A DNA stretch of 64,000 nucleotides from Bacteroidales bacterium (GCA_003150235.1 QAMW01000015.1:5471-69470), one strand, 5' to 3'. Shown: positions 48,825 through 58,334, numbered from the stretch's first letter. Translations and numbers: made by a program. Notes: a model not told the origin generated them from the letters alone.

Positions 48825-49913
48825 ATGAATATTACTAAATTACTGATAACAGGCTTGGTGGCTCTTATGACAGGAATGATCGACCTCCATGCCTCCAGCC
48901 CAAAAGAAAACAGAAACAATATGGAAAATCTGACTCTTACAAAAGAATGGGACAAGACATTTCCCAAGAGTGACAAAGTTGACCACAGCAAAGTGATGTT
49001 TGTCAACCGTTACGGCATCACGCTTGCCGCCGATATGTATAAACCCAAAGGCGCGACAGGCAAACTTCCGGCAATCGCTGTCTGCGGACCTTTCGGAGCA
49101 GTCAAAGAACAGGCAGCCGGGCTGTACGCACAGGAGATGGCGGAGCGCGGTTTCCTGACAATCGCCTTCGACCCCTCCTTCACCGGTGAAAGCGGCGGTA
49201 CTCCCCGTTATATGACCTCTCCCGACATTAACACCGAGGATTTCAGCGCTGCTGTAGATTATCTTGTCACCAATCCTGACGTTGACCCCGAGCGTGTCGG
49301 TATCATCGGCATCTGTGGCTGGGGTGGCATCGGCATTAATGCAGCAGCTGCCGACCCCCGTATCAAGGCTACTCTCGCTTCGACCATGTACGACATGAGC
49401 CGTGTGACAGCCAATGGATACTTTGATGCCGATGACAACGCGGAAGCCCGCAACGCGCTCCGTGAGCAACTTGCCACACAACGCACCGAGGATTATATCA
49501 ACGGCACACCCAAACTCGGCGGGGGTGTACCCGATGTGCTGCCCGACGACGCGCCCAAGTTCCTCCGTGATTATCATGACTACTACAAAACCAAACGTGG
49601 CTATCATCCCCGCTCGCTTAACTCCAACGGCGGTCGTAACGCGACATCTCCGATTCCCTGGATTAACTTCCAGCTTATGAGCCGTGCCGGAGAGATTGAA
49701 AACGCCGTCATGATTCTTCACGGAGAGAAGGCTCACTCGTTCTATTTCGGCAGCGATGCCTACAAGAAGCTGACCGTTGCACCCGGTAAGGAGAACAATA
49801 AGCTCTTCATGGTCATCCCCGGTGCAAGCCACACTGACCTCTATGACCAAAAGGACATCATTCCATTTGCCGAGATTGAAAAATTCTTCAACGAGTATCT
49901 CGGTAAAAAGTAG
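48825..49913 (+). CDS. Alpha/beta hydrolase with signal peptide
   Basis: MNITKLLITGLVALMTGMIDLHA signal. Nucleophile-elbow-like GICGWGG and a C-terminal GASHTDLY (His). ATG at 48825 preferred over the TTG at 48807. Confidence 0.7.
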   Translation: MNITKLLITGLVALMTGMIDLHASSPKENRNNMENLTLTKEWDKTFPKSDKVDHSKVMFVNRYGITLAADMYKPKGATGKLPAIAVCGPFGAVKEQAAGLYAQEMAERGFLTIAFDPSFTGESGGTPRYMTSPDINTEDFSAAVDYLVTNPDVDPERVGIIGICGWGGIGINAAAADPRIKATLASTMYDMSRVTANGYFDADDNAEARNALREQLATQRTEDYINGTPKLGGGVPDVLPDDAPKFLRDYHDYYKTKRGYHPRSLNSNGGRNATSPIPWINFQLMSRAGEIENAVMILHGEKAHSFYFGSDAYKKLTVAPGKENNKLFMVIPGASHTDLYDQKDIIPFAEIEKFFNEYLGKK

Positions 49914-49938
49914 AATATGAATTTACCGAGTCAGGAAA

Positions 49939-49979
49939 ATGCCGGAGAATGTAACTCGATGCACTCTCCGGCATTTTTA
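49939..49979 (+). terminator. Rho-independent terminator after the hydrolase gene
   Basis: atgccggaga / tctccggcat stem followed by ttttt. Confidence 0.75.
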
Positions 49980-50065
49980 TATGTCCGATAAAATATATTT
50001 GACGAAAGGATAAGGTCAAGGACACTTTTTTCGTAACTTTATAGCGGAAATAAATAATCCTTGCG

Positions 50066-50716
50066 ATGAAAAAGAAAGTTTTATGGTGTGGCGGTGCGTT
50101 GGCGATAGCGGTTATCGCGCTGATACTTGTATGTCACATAATGGTAGTGTGCAATGCATCGGGACGCACTTTTGACACTGTTGATGCCGTCCCGCATAAT
50201 AGGGTCGGGATGCTTCTTGCAACTTCTCCTGTCACTCCCGGGGGCGCGCACAATTTTTACTTCGACAATCGCATCACATCGGCTGTCGAACTCTATAAGG
50301 CGGGTAAGGTTGATTTCATTATCGCAAGTGGCGGCGATTACAGGCAGTCACATAAATATGGCTGCGACGAACCTAAGGCAATACTTGATTCCTTGGTTGC
50401 GCGCGGTATTCCGGCTGACAGAATTATCCTCGATTATGATGGTACACGCACTCTCAATTCCATCGCCAAGGCAAAAGAGGTCTACGGTCTTGACAGCCTT
50501 ACCCTGATTTCTCAGAAATACCACAATGAACGCGCTCTTTATCTTGCCGACCAATATGGCATCAAGGCTGTAGGGTACAATGCCGAGCCATCGCCGATAA
50601 TCCGCAACCGCATCAAAAACACTCTCCGCGAATATCTCGCCCGCGTAAAACTCTTCATTGACATAGCCATCGGCTGCGATGCCCCAACATTTACCGACTC
50701 CTCCCCCAAAGAGTAA
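50066..50716 (+). CDS. SanA/YdcF (DUF218) family envelope protein
   Basis: N-terminal TM helix, then NFYFDNRITSAVELYKAGKVDFIIASGG ... ILDYDGTRTLNSIAKAKEVYG ... ISQKYHNERALYLA, matching the SanA family pattern. Confidence 0.8.
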   Translation: MKKKVLWCGGALAIAVIALILVCHIMVVCNASGRTFDTVDAVPHNRVGMLLATSPVTPGGAHNFYFDNRITSAVELYKAGKVDFIIASGGDYRQSHKYGCDEPKAILDSLVARGIPADRIILDYDGTRTLNSIAKAKEVYGLDSLTLISQKYHNERALYLADQYGIKAVGYNAEPSPIIRNRIKNTLREYLARVKLFIDIAIGCDAPTFTDSSPKE

Positions 50717-50761
50717 ATATCTGGATTAATTCCGTATATTTGCGGGTAATTTGACGATGCT

Positions 50762-51178
50762 ATGTGGAAAGTTTATGCTCTGTTGTCGGCGCTTTTTGCC
50801 GCGCTTACGGCTATTTTTGCTAAGATAGGGGTCAAGGATGTTGACTCCAATCTCGCCACGGCTATACGCACCACCGTTATCCTTGCGCTTACATGGGGGA
50901 TAGTTTTTGCTTCCGGTCATCTTGCCGAGGTAAAGAGTGTGCCCCGTTACACGTGGGCATTCCTTATCCTGTCAGGATTATCTACCGGCTTGTCATGGTT
51001 GTTTTATTTCAAGGCGATACAGCTTGGTGATGTGTCGCGGGTCGCGCCCATTGATAAATTGAGCGTAGTGTTCACCATACTTCTCGCGTTTCTCATTCTC
51101 CGGGAACCGATGTCGCCTAAGATAATCGTAGGTGGATTGCTTATAACCGCCGGGGCGATTGTGATGATGTGGAAATGA
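50762..51178 (+). CDS. Small EamA-domain transporter (single-domain, 138 aa)
   Basis: Four to five TM helices. LSALFAALTAIFAKIGV ... FYFKAIQLGDVSRVAPIDKLSVVFT. Confidence 0.7.
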   Translation: MWKVYALLSALFAALTAIFAKIGVKDVDSNLATAIRTTVILALTWGIVFASGHLAEVKSVPRYTWAFLILSGLSTGLSWLFYFKAIQLGDVSRVAPIDKLSVVFTILLAFLILREPMSPKIIVGGLLITAGAIVMMWK

Positions 51179-51833
51179 CGCGATAATATGAGTTGATAAA
51201 CGAGTGGAGATAATACAACAGAATCAGACCGTAATAGACCGGCGATCCTTCGTTGAAATCCTCGTAATTCATTGTCTTTGTATGAATGGCAATCATTCGT
51301 TCCAGCCGTTCTTTGTTGGCAAGTGCATTTGCGATATTGTCATCGGCGTTTGGCTTTTCACAGAGATTTTTACATAAAATCTGTATGTCGTTATGGCTCA
51401 GTGCAGTTGTGGTGTTGCGCGGGGAAGTGGCTATATGCCGTGATGTCTCGGCTATTTTTTCGGTTGCTTCAATCATGTAAGTCAGATATGTCCGTGTCAT
51501 GTTCTCTTTTCCCGTGACTGATTTCAGTTTTTTATGGAGTTGGCAGAGGGAACGGGTTGCGTGACGGTGATTTTTACATGCTTCGGTTGCGTCATTGCTG
51601 ATGACACATTCCAAAGCATTGCATATTATGGCGTTACATGTGGCGGTGATCTCTTCTATATGCTTTTCGGTGTAGTCGGCAGGAATATTGTTATTATCCG
51701 GCGCGGTTCCGGAGCGATAATTCTTTCCTGACATCATGGCGGTTGCTGTGGCTGCCGGTTCAGTTAATTCAGGCAGCTCGAAGATAGCCGACAGGAATAA
51801 AAAGATAACTACGCAAAGAAACAGTATTTCCAT
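51141..51833 (-). CDS. Hypothetical protein with an N-terminal hydrophobic anchor (230 aa)
   Basis: MEILFLCVVIFLFLSAIF signal/anchor followed by a helical Cys-rich region. Lies downstream of the orphan response regulator on the same strand. Its 3' end overlaps the EamA gene by 38 nt. Confidence 0.4.
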   Translation of the reverse strand: MEILFLCVVIFLFLSAIFELPELTEPAATATAMMSGKNYRSGTAPDNNNIPADYTEKHIEEITATCNAIICNALECVISNDATEACKNHRHATRSLCQLHKKLKSVTGKENMTRTYLTYMIEATEKIAETSRHIATSPRNTTTALSHNDIQILCKNLCEKPNADDNIANALANKERLERMIAIHTKTMNYEDFNEGSPVYYGLILLYYLHSFINSYYRVISTSSQSPRRL

Positions 51834-51911
51834 TGTTTTCTCAATTACTGATTACGATGCAAAATAATAGAGAAAACATTTCATGAATATTTCAAAAAGC
51901 TTAACTATATA

Positions 51912-51944
51912 TTAAATAAAGCGGGTCAAGCCTGCTTTATTTAA
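51912..51944. terminator. AT-rich hairpin (11-bp stem) between the response regulator and the 230-aa ORF
   Basis: ttaaataaagc / gctttatttaa with loop gggtcaagcct. Confidence 0.4.
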
Positions 51945-51945
51945 T

Positions 51946-52015
51946 GGGTTATAAGGTTAGCGGTTAATGGGTTAAAAGGCCCCATAACCTCATAACCTTT
52001 TAACCTCATAACCTT
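51946..52015. repeat. Inverted arrays of tandem ~8-nt GGTTAnnn / nnnTAACC units
   Basis: gggttata aggttagc ggttaatg ggttaaaagg faces ccccataacc tcataacc ttttaacc tcataacc. The core ggttaaaagg / ccttttaacc pairs perfectly. Confidence 0.75.
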
Positions 52016-52032
52016 CATGCCATAGGCATGAA

Positions 52033-52731
52033 TCACTCTATAAATCCGTAGCCGTAGCCTGAGCGGGTTACGATATTTTTACCGTATTCGCCTATTTTTT
52101 GCCTGATGCGTGTGACATTTACATCCACAACCCTGTCAAGCACCACCACTTCATCCGACCATATTTCTTTCAACAACTCCCCACGTGAATATATACGCCC
52201 GCGGTTGGAGAGCATCTTCAATAAAATTTCGAATTCCTTTTTAGGCATCTTGACCTCCTGTCCGTCAACCGTACATGTACGGTTACGCGCCGACAGCTGA
52301 AGCCCTTTATATGAAACCGTGTCGTCGGTGTCGACCGTCGGTGTCGACCGTGGAGTTGATGTGCGTCGCAGCACCGTCCTGATTCTCGCCAGTACGGCTT
52401 TAAGCGAGTATGGCTTCATTATATAATCGTCGGCTCCGAGATCAAGCCCCTTTATCATGTCCTCTTCCGAATCCTTTGCCGTGCAGAATATAATCGGTAC
52501 ATTGGCTGTCGCGGGGTTTGACTTCATGATTCGAGCAAGCTGTGTGCCCGAAATTTCACCCATCATTATGTCAAGCATCACCAGGTCAAAGTCGGCAAGA
52601 TTGAGTGCAAGCGCCTCTTCGGCGCTGTATGCTGTCTTTACCGCATATCCCTCCGCTTCCAGGTTGAAACCAAGGGTATCACACAAAGTCTCCTCGTCGT
52701 CGACCACCAGAATCCGTTTCATTGTTTCCAT
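52033..52731 (-). CDS. Response regulator transcription factor (OmpR/PhoB family), no adjacent kinase
   Basis: Receiver domain (ILVVDDEETL ... DLVMLDIMMGEISG ... KPYS) plus a winged-helix output domain (LSARNRTCTVDGQEVKMPKKEFEIL). Confidence 0.9.
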   Translation of the reverse strand: METMKRILVVDDEETLCDTLGFNLEAEGYAVKTAYSAEEALALNLADFDLVMLDIMMGEISGTQLARIMKSNPATANVPIIFCTAKDSEEDMIKGLDLGADDYIMKPYSLKAVLARIRTVLRRTSTPRSTPTVDTDDTVSYKGLQLSARNRTCTVDGQEVKMPKKEFEILLKMLSNRGRIYSRGELLKEIWSDEVVVLDRVVDVNVTRIRQKIGEYGKNIVTRSGYGYGFIE

Positions 52732-52856
52732 ACCGCAAAATTAGCCATAATACCCATCCAACACTACTGCAAATCAAAAGTTTCATAAAAGTTTAACAAT
52801 CTCGCGGTTTAATGAAAATTCAACAAATCTGCTAAATTCATGAAACATATCTCCAG

Positions 52857-52864
52857 TACCTTTG
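52857..52864 (+). promoter_or_regulatory. Possible -7 box (TACCTTTG) for the TonB-dependent receptor gene
   Basis: Matches TAnnTTTG 26 nt upstream of the ATG at 52890. No clear -33 TTTG. Confidence 0.3.
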
Positions 52865-52889
52865 CCGCTGAAATTATTATAAAGATAAA

Positions 52890-55676
52890 ATGGATTTAGT
52901 AAGATTGCCAATCGGCTTGACACTTGCCGCGACAGCATTTTCACCATTAGCGGCTGAAGCCGGAATTATAAAGGGGACGGTCTATGATAGGCTGACCAAT
53001 GAGCCTCTTGTCGGAGCTACCGTTATGTGTGATATTTCGGGAGCAGGCACAGCCACTGATATAGACGGTAACTATTCATTGCGACTTCCGTCGGGAAAAT
53101 ATAGCTTGAGTGTAAAATATATAGGATATTGCGATACTATTATCACCCGACACATTCCTTCCGGAGATGAAATAGTGGTAGTTGATTTCCTGATGAATCC
53201 CGATACGGCTACACTATCGGAGGTCACGGTGACTGCCGAGGCAAGAAAGGATACCGAGACAGCCATGATTGAAGAAGAAAAGCAGAGTGATGTAGTGCAG
53301 ACCGGCGTTTCAGCCCAGCAGATTGCCCGCACACAGGATAAGGATGCTTCGGAAGTTATCAGGCGCGTTCCGGGCATTTCTATTATCGATGACAAATTTG
53401 TGATGGTGCGTGGATTGTCACAACGATACAATAACGTGTGGCTTAACGGTAGTGCGGTGCCGAGTTCCGAAGCTGATTCCAGGGCGTTCTCGTTTGATAT
53501 AATTCCCAGCTCGCAGCTCGACAATATCGTGATTGTCAAGAGTCCGGCTCCTGAATACCCTTCAGATTTTACCGGTGGATTTGTCATGATAAAGACTAAG
53601 TATAATCCTGTGAAAACCGGTCTTGATCTTTCTTTAGGTACGACCATCAACGATATGACTCATTTTCGGGATTTTCGGTATTCTCATAACGTCCCGTCAT
53701 TTTTGCCAGGTATTATTGACGGAAGCCATTATTATTCCGGCGGATTCAAGAGCCATTTGAAAGAATATGACGGCTATCCGGGAAGAATTGATGTAATGAA
53801 CAATGGATTCAACAATGATTGGAGGGTTTATGATAAAAAGCCTGTCAGTGATTTGAAAATCAATGGCGCCTATAATAACAAGTGGGAGTTTGAATCGGGA
53901 GCCACATTAGGATTACTTGGCAGTATAAACTATTCAAATTCCTACAGGACGCTGATTGACATGGAAAATTCACTGTATGGTCCTTATGACGTAACAAATG
54001 ACACTCCTGTCTTTCTAAGGAAAGCGACCGACAACCAATATACTAACGACATAAAATTCGGCGCGTTGCTTAACCTTTCATTCATTCCGGTTAATCATAA
54101 TCATCGGTTAGAATGGAAGAATATATTCAATCGTATCGTTAAGAACCGATATTCTGATCGTGAAGGATTCAATTCCCAGCCCGACAATATTCGAGATATG
54201 GAATATTACTATTCTACCCGCAACACATTCAATACCCAGCTTACCGGGCGGCATGAATTTTCATCTTCAGCACTTTGGGACTGGAGCGCCGGGTATGCCT
54301 ATTCCGACCGGGATATGCCTGATCGTCGTCTTGTCCAACTCACAGACCGAACCGATAACCGCATGGGCATATATCGTATTAACCGTGAGTTCACGAGATT
54401 GCGTGAGCATGCAGCGTCACTTAACAACAATTACAGGCATGAATTTATATTCGGCGAGATACATCCGTTGATAAAGACAGGAATATATGGTGAATACCGT
54501 ACACGCGACTATGATGTCCGGGAATTTCAATACGGGTGGCAGCCCGACAATAATCTTCCCGCCGGTTTCATGTTTTCAGGAGATATACCCGGAGAAGTGC
54601 TTCTGCCGGAAAATTACGGTCCGGACAAATTGTATCTTTATGAAAATGTCAATTTCCTGAACAGCTACAAGGCAAGTAGCAGTCAGATTGCCGCCTATGT
54701 CGGTATAAATATTCCTTGGAAATCCTTTACCTTTTATGGCGGTGTCAGATATGAATATGTCGATCAGTTGTTGAGGATGAATACAAGACAGGCTGAAGAA
54801 AGCCTTCAGAATACACACTATTATTATAAGGATTTCTTCCCGTCGGTAAATCTGAATTACAGGTTCAACGATTTCCACCAGCTGAGGGCGGCATATGGTC
54901 GCACAACCAATCGCCCCGAGTTCCGCGAACTCGCGCCAACTGTTTATTACGATTTTGACCTCGGTAGTAGTGTCATGGGTAACTATGATCTTAAAGCTGC
55001 GTATATTCAGAATTTCGACATAAGATACGAATGGTATCCCTCTAAGAATGAGCTTATTTCTATAGCATTGTTCTATAAGAGATTTACTCATCCTATCGAA
55101 TGGACATATACAGTCGCCGGCGGCACTGATCTTGTATATTCTTATGTAAATGCACGTGGCGCCGATAATTATGGTATAGAAATCGATATCAGGAAGAATC
55201 TCGGTTTTATAGGACTTGATGATTTCAGCATTTCGTTTAACGGGTCCTGGATTAAAAGTAAGGTGACATTTGACGGAGGAAATAATATTGACCGTCCTAT
55301 GCAAGGACAGTCGCCTTATCTTATAAACACCGGCCTGTTTTATAATAAAAGCGGTTGGTCAGCTGCGATACTTTACAATCGTATTGGTAAACGCATTGTC
55401 GGTGTCGGAAATAAATACGGGACAGCTTCTGACGGAACCGCAAGAAATATCCCCAACTCGTATGAGATGCCGCGTAACGCGCTTGACCTGTCGTTTGGAA
55501 AGAAATTCGGACATTGGGAAGTGAAGGCTGCCGTGCGTGACCTTCTCGCAGAAAGGTATCTCTTTAAGCAGATTGAAGATGTCGTGACTCTTGAAGGAAA
55601 CAAGCATATAGAAGAGGTTACCCGGAGTTATAAACCCGGACGAAACTTCAATCTGTCGATATCATATAGCTTTTAA
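52890..55676 (+). CDS. TonB-dependent receptor with an N-terminal carboxypeptidase-regulatory-like domain
   Basis: IKGTVYDRLTNEPLVGATVM...GNYSL (CarbopepD_reg-like domain). Plug region DKFVMVRGLSQRYNNVWLNGS. Long beta-barrel ending NLSISYSF. Confidence 0.88.
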   Translation: MDLVRLPIGLTLAATAFSPLAAEAGIIKGTVYDRLTNEPLVGATVMCDISGAGTATDIDGNYSLRLPSGKYSLSVKYIGYCDTIITRHIPSGDEIVVVDFLMNPDTATLSEVTVTAEARKDTETAMIEEEKQSDVVQTGVSAQQIARTQDKDASEVIRRVPGISIIDDKFVMVRGLSQRYNNVWLNGSAVPSSEADSRAFSFDIIPSSQLDNIVIVKSPAPEYPSDFTGGFVMIKTKYNPVKTGLDLSLGTTINDMTHFRDFRYSHNVPSFLPGIIDGSHYYSGGFKSHLKEYDGYPGRIDVMNNGFNNDWRVYDKKPVSDLKINGAYNNKWEFESGATLGLLGSINYSNSYRTLIDMENSLYGPYDVTNDTPVFLRKATDNQYTNDIKFGALLNLSFIPVNHNHRLEWKNIFNRIVKNRYSDREGFNSQPDNIRDMEYYYSTRNTFNTQLTGRHEFSSSALWDWSAGYAYSDRDMPDRRLVQLTDRTDNRMGIYRINREFTRLREHAASLNNNYRHEFIFGEIHPLIKTGIYGEYRTRDYDVREFQYGWQPDNNLPAGFMFSGDIPGEVLLPENYGPDKLYLYENVNFLNSYKASSSQIAAYVGINIPWKSFTFYGGVRYEYVDQLLRMNTRQAEESLQNTHYYYKDFFPSVNLNYRFNDFHQLRAAYGRTTNRPEFRELAPTVYYDFDLGSSVMGNYDLKAAYIQNFDIRYEWYPSKNELISIALFYKRFTHPIEWTYTVAGGTDLVYSYVNARGADNYGIEIDIRKNLGFIGLDDFSISFNGSWIKSKVTFDGGNNIDRPMQGQSPYLINTGLFYNKSGWSAAILYNRIGKRIVGVGNKYGTASDGTARNIPNSYEMPRNALDLSFGKKFGHWEVKAAVRDLLAERYLFKQIEDVVTLEGNKHIEEVTRSYKPGRNFNLSISYSF

Positions 55677-55711
55677 ACTGCCATGTGGCATTTATTAAAT
55701 AAAATTTTTTT

Positions 55712-57205
55712 ATGATGAAAACAACAAAACATTTAAGCCGTCATTCGATGACAGGTATTGTTTGTGCTTTGAGTCTGTTAGCAATGGGCTGTTCTTCTGA
55801 CAACAGTGATGAACCCTCTTCAAATCCGTCGACCGGCAATCCGGAAGTAACTTACAAGGGTAATGTGGCTTATAGCGATGGAATAGTGTTCGAGGGCAAT
55901 GAACTTGGCAATGGTACACAGAATTTTCATTTTACCGGTGATGTGACTCTTGAGAAAGGTACTTATTTTCTGAAAGGATGGGTATATGTCGATGCCGGTG
56001 CAAAGCTTCGTATCCCCGCCGGGACAATAATAAAGGGTGACAAAGCTACGATGGCGTCGCTTATTGTAGAGCCTGGTGGATATTGCGAGATGAAAGGTAA
56101 TGCGAATGAGCCGATTGTGATGACTTCAGCACAGAATCCCGGACAGCGCCGACCCGGTGACTGGGGTGGACTGATTGTATGTGGCAAAGGTATTAATAAT
56201 CAGGGAACCCAACAGATTGAAGGTGGTCCTACAACGATCCACGGTGGAAATGATGCATCTGACAATTCCGGAATATATAGTTATATACGAGTGGAATTTG
56301 CCGGTTATCCATTTGACACCGATAAGGAAATCAACGGTGTTACATTCGGGTCGGTCGGTAGCGGAACACAGATTGACCATATTCAGGTATCCTATTCCAA
56401 TGATGATTCTTTTGAATGGTTCGGCGGTTCGGCAAATTGCTCCTATCTCATTGCTTACAAAGGCTGGGATGATGATTTTGACACTGACAACGGTTTTAGC
56501 GGCGAGGTGAGATACTGTCTTGCAGTGCGTGATCCGAGAATTGCCGATACTTCACAGTCCAATGGATTTGAGAGTGATAACAATGCCAGTGGAGCGGAGA
56601 CAGCTCCGTTTACATCTGCACGGTTCAGTAACGTGACTCTCATAGGTCCGAAGACTATGAAAAATGTTGATTTCGTCAATGATGGAAATTATATTACGGC
56701 AGGTTCGATTTTCCCTGATAACGGTTCGAAACTTGGCAAGTTCCAGTCAGCGATTCAGATTCGTCGCAGTAGTAAACTGAATTTGTCCAACCTTCTTGCT
56801 GTGGGTTACCCGATAGGACTGATTGTAGATGGTGAAAAAGGTCAGTCTGTGGCATTTGCCAAATCGGGCGAATTTAAACTTGAAAATGTGCTCTTTGCCG
56901 GAATGGATATAGTCGGCACTGACAAAAACAAGGAATATGATGATTATTTGTTTGATTATCTTACCGGAACTGAAGACAGGTCGCAGCCATCGTTCTCCCA
57001 TACATTCTTCCTTTCAGGAATTGGAAACAAAGTAGTTGACGAAACCTCACTCGGGCTGTCCGACCCTTACATGACCGGTCAGAATTATTGTCCGGTGGCT
57101 ACAATCAGCGATGGTAAGGGCGGATTTATAGGAGCCTTCAAAGATGCTTCCGACAACTGGATGAAAGGTTGGACCAATTTCGACCCGCAGAATACGGTTT
57201 ATTGA
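55712..57205 (+). CDS. Surface lipoprotein of unknown function (beta-helix-like repeats), partner of the upstream receptor
   Basis: Lipobox LSLLAMGC. Motifs GDWGGLIVCG, IDHIQVSYSNDDSFEWFGG and KGWDDDFDTDNG. Starts 35 nt after the receptor stop. Confidence 0.5.
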   Translation: MMKTTKHLSRHSMTGIVCALSLLAMGCSSDNSDEPSSNPSTGNPEVTYKGNVAYSDGIVFEGNELGNGTQNFHFTGDVTLEKGTYFLKGWVYVDAGAKLRIPAGTIIKGDKATMASLIVEPGGYCEMKGNANEPIVMTSAQNPGQRRPGDWGGLIVCGKGINNQGTQQIEGGPTTIHGGNDASDNSGIYSYIRVEFAGYPFDTDKEINGVTFGSVGSGTQIDHIQVSYSNDDSFEWFGGSANCSYLIAYKGWDDDFDTDNGFSGEVRYCLAVRDPRIADTSQSNGFESDNNASGAETAPFTSARFSNVTLIGPKTMKNVDFVNDGNYITAGSIFPDNGSKLGKFQSAIQIRRSSKLNLSNLLAVGYPIGLIVDGEKGQSVAFAKSGEFKLENVLFAGMDIVGTDKNKEYDDYLFDYLTGTEDRSQPSFSHTFFLSGIGNKVVDETSLGLSDPYMTGQNYCPVATISDGKGGFIGAFKDASDNWMKGWTNFDPQNTVY

Positions 57206-57272
57206 TTTTGACTCACTGATGAGAACCATGAGGGCTGTCGCTGTTTTGGCGACGGCTCTTTTGGCGCAAGGA

Positions 57273-58334
57273 TTAGAAGATGACGGTGAAGTGATGGCGA
57301 TGGGCAATGTGGCGATAGCTGATCTGCCATCCGTGGAAGTCGCAGATAGCCTTGACGATGGGCAGCCCGAGTCCTGTACCTCCGCTTTGGGTGTCGGCGG
57401 AGTGAAACCGGCGGAATATCTCGTCGGGATTAAGCGGCTTGTCTTCTGCCGGATTACTGATTTCCAAGGCGCTCTTAGTGACATGTATCAGTATTTCGCC
57501 CGATTCGGTGTGTCGGATAGCATTGACTACAAAATTATTGACCATTGATTCCAGCAATACGGGATTGGCATTTATCGTCACGTCAGTCTCGTTTATCATC
57601 ACTACAGAGCAGTTGCCTTTCAACAGGTTATAGGAAGGCAGAAGTTTCTCGATGAATGGGGTCAGGGCAATCCGCTTCCGGTCGCCGTATTGCGCGTTTT
57701 CTATTTTGGCGAGAAGCAGCAGATTGCGGTTGAGTCGCCCCATACGGGTGTTGAGCCGGTATAATTCTTCGACAAGTTCGAGCTGTGACTGCGACAGCTC
57801 TTCCTGCATCAGAAGGTCGAGTTTGCTGCGGGTCACCGCAAGCGGTGTCTGCAGTTCATGGGAGGCGTTTTCAGTAAATTCTTTCTGGATGGTATAGGTC
57901 TCTTTATTTTTTCTCATCAGTTTGCCGAGGGTCTCGTTCAGTCGTGAAAATTCCGTGATGTCGGTAGGGCTGAACTCCGGTACATCGCTCTGCGCAAGAT
58001 TAAACCGCTCGGCATCGCGCAGTGTGTCGTCAAACGGTCGCCACAGGCGGCGCGTGATGTAGCGCACGGTGATAAACAGGGCGATGCTTAGCAGTACAAA
58101 CGTCAGCACAAACTGAATCATAACGCCTACCATTATGTCACGTTCAAGGTCAAGCTGCGGAATTGCTTGACCCCTCTTGACGGCACGGATGACATCAATC
58201 AGGTCTTCGGCATAGAAATGCTTCGTCAGCATATAGAAAGCCGGCGTCATCAACGCGAATATCACCGCCGTGCATATCATAAACTGCACGAGGGTCTTGT
58301 GTATGAGGCTTTTCCTTTTCATTCTGCAATCCAT
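57273..58334 (-). CDS. Sensor histidine kinase
   Basis: Two TM helices, H-box FTENASHELQTPLAV, N-box NAIRHT, G-box GGTGLGLPIVK. Confidence 0.9.
   Translation of the reverse strand: MDCRMKRKSLIHKTLVQFMICTAVIFALMTPAFYMLTKHFYAEDLIDVIRAVKRGQAIPQLDLERDIMVGVMIQFVLTFVLLSIALFITVRYITRRLWRPFDDTLRDAERFNLAQSDVPEFSPTDITEFSRLNETLGKLMRKNKETYTIQKEFTENASHELQTPLAVTRSKLDLLMQEELSQSQLELVEELYRLNTRMGRLNRNLLLLAKIENAQYGDRKRIALTPFIEKLLPSYNLLKGNCSVVMINETDVTINANPVLLESMVNNFVVNAIRHTESGEILIHVTKSALEISNPAEDKPLNPDEIFRRFHSADTQSGGTGLGLPIVKAICDFHGWQISYRHIAHRHHFTVIF

Noticed and set aside
48840-49850. 336-aa minus-strand ORF covering the alpha/beta hydrolase gene.
   Set aside because: This is an antisense shadow. The plus-strand frame has a signal peptide and hydrolase motifs, whereas this frame has none.
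54576-55304. 242-aa ORF antisense to the TonB-dependent receptor, and a similar 151-aa ORF at 63532-63987 antisense to the terminal receptor.
   Set aside because: Both lie inside long receptor reading frames that have plug and barrel motifs. Neither has independent support.
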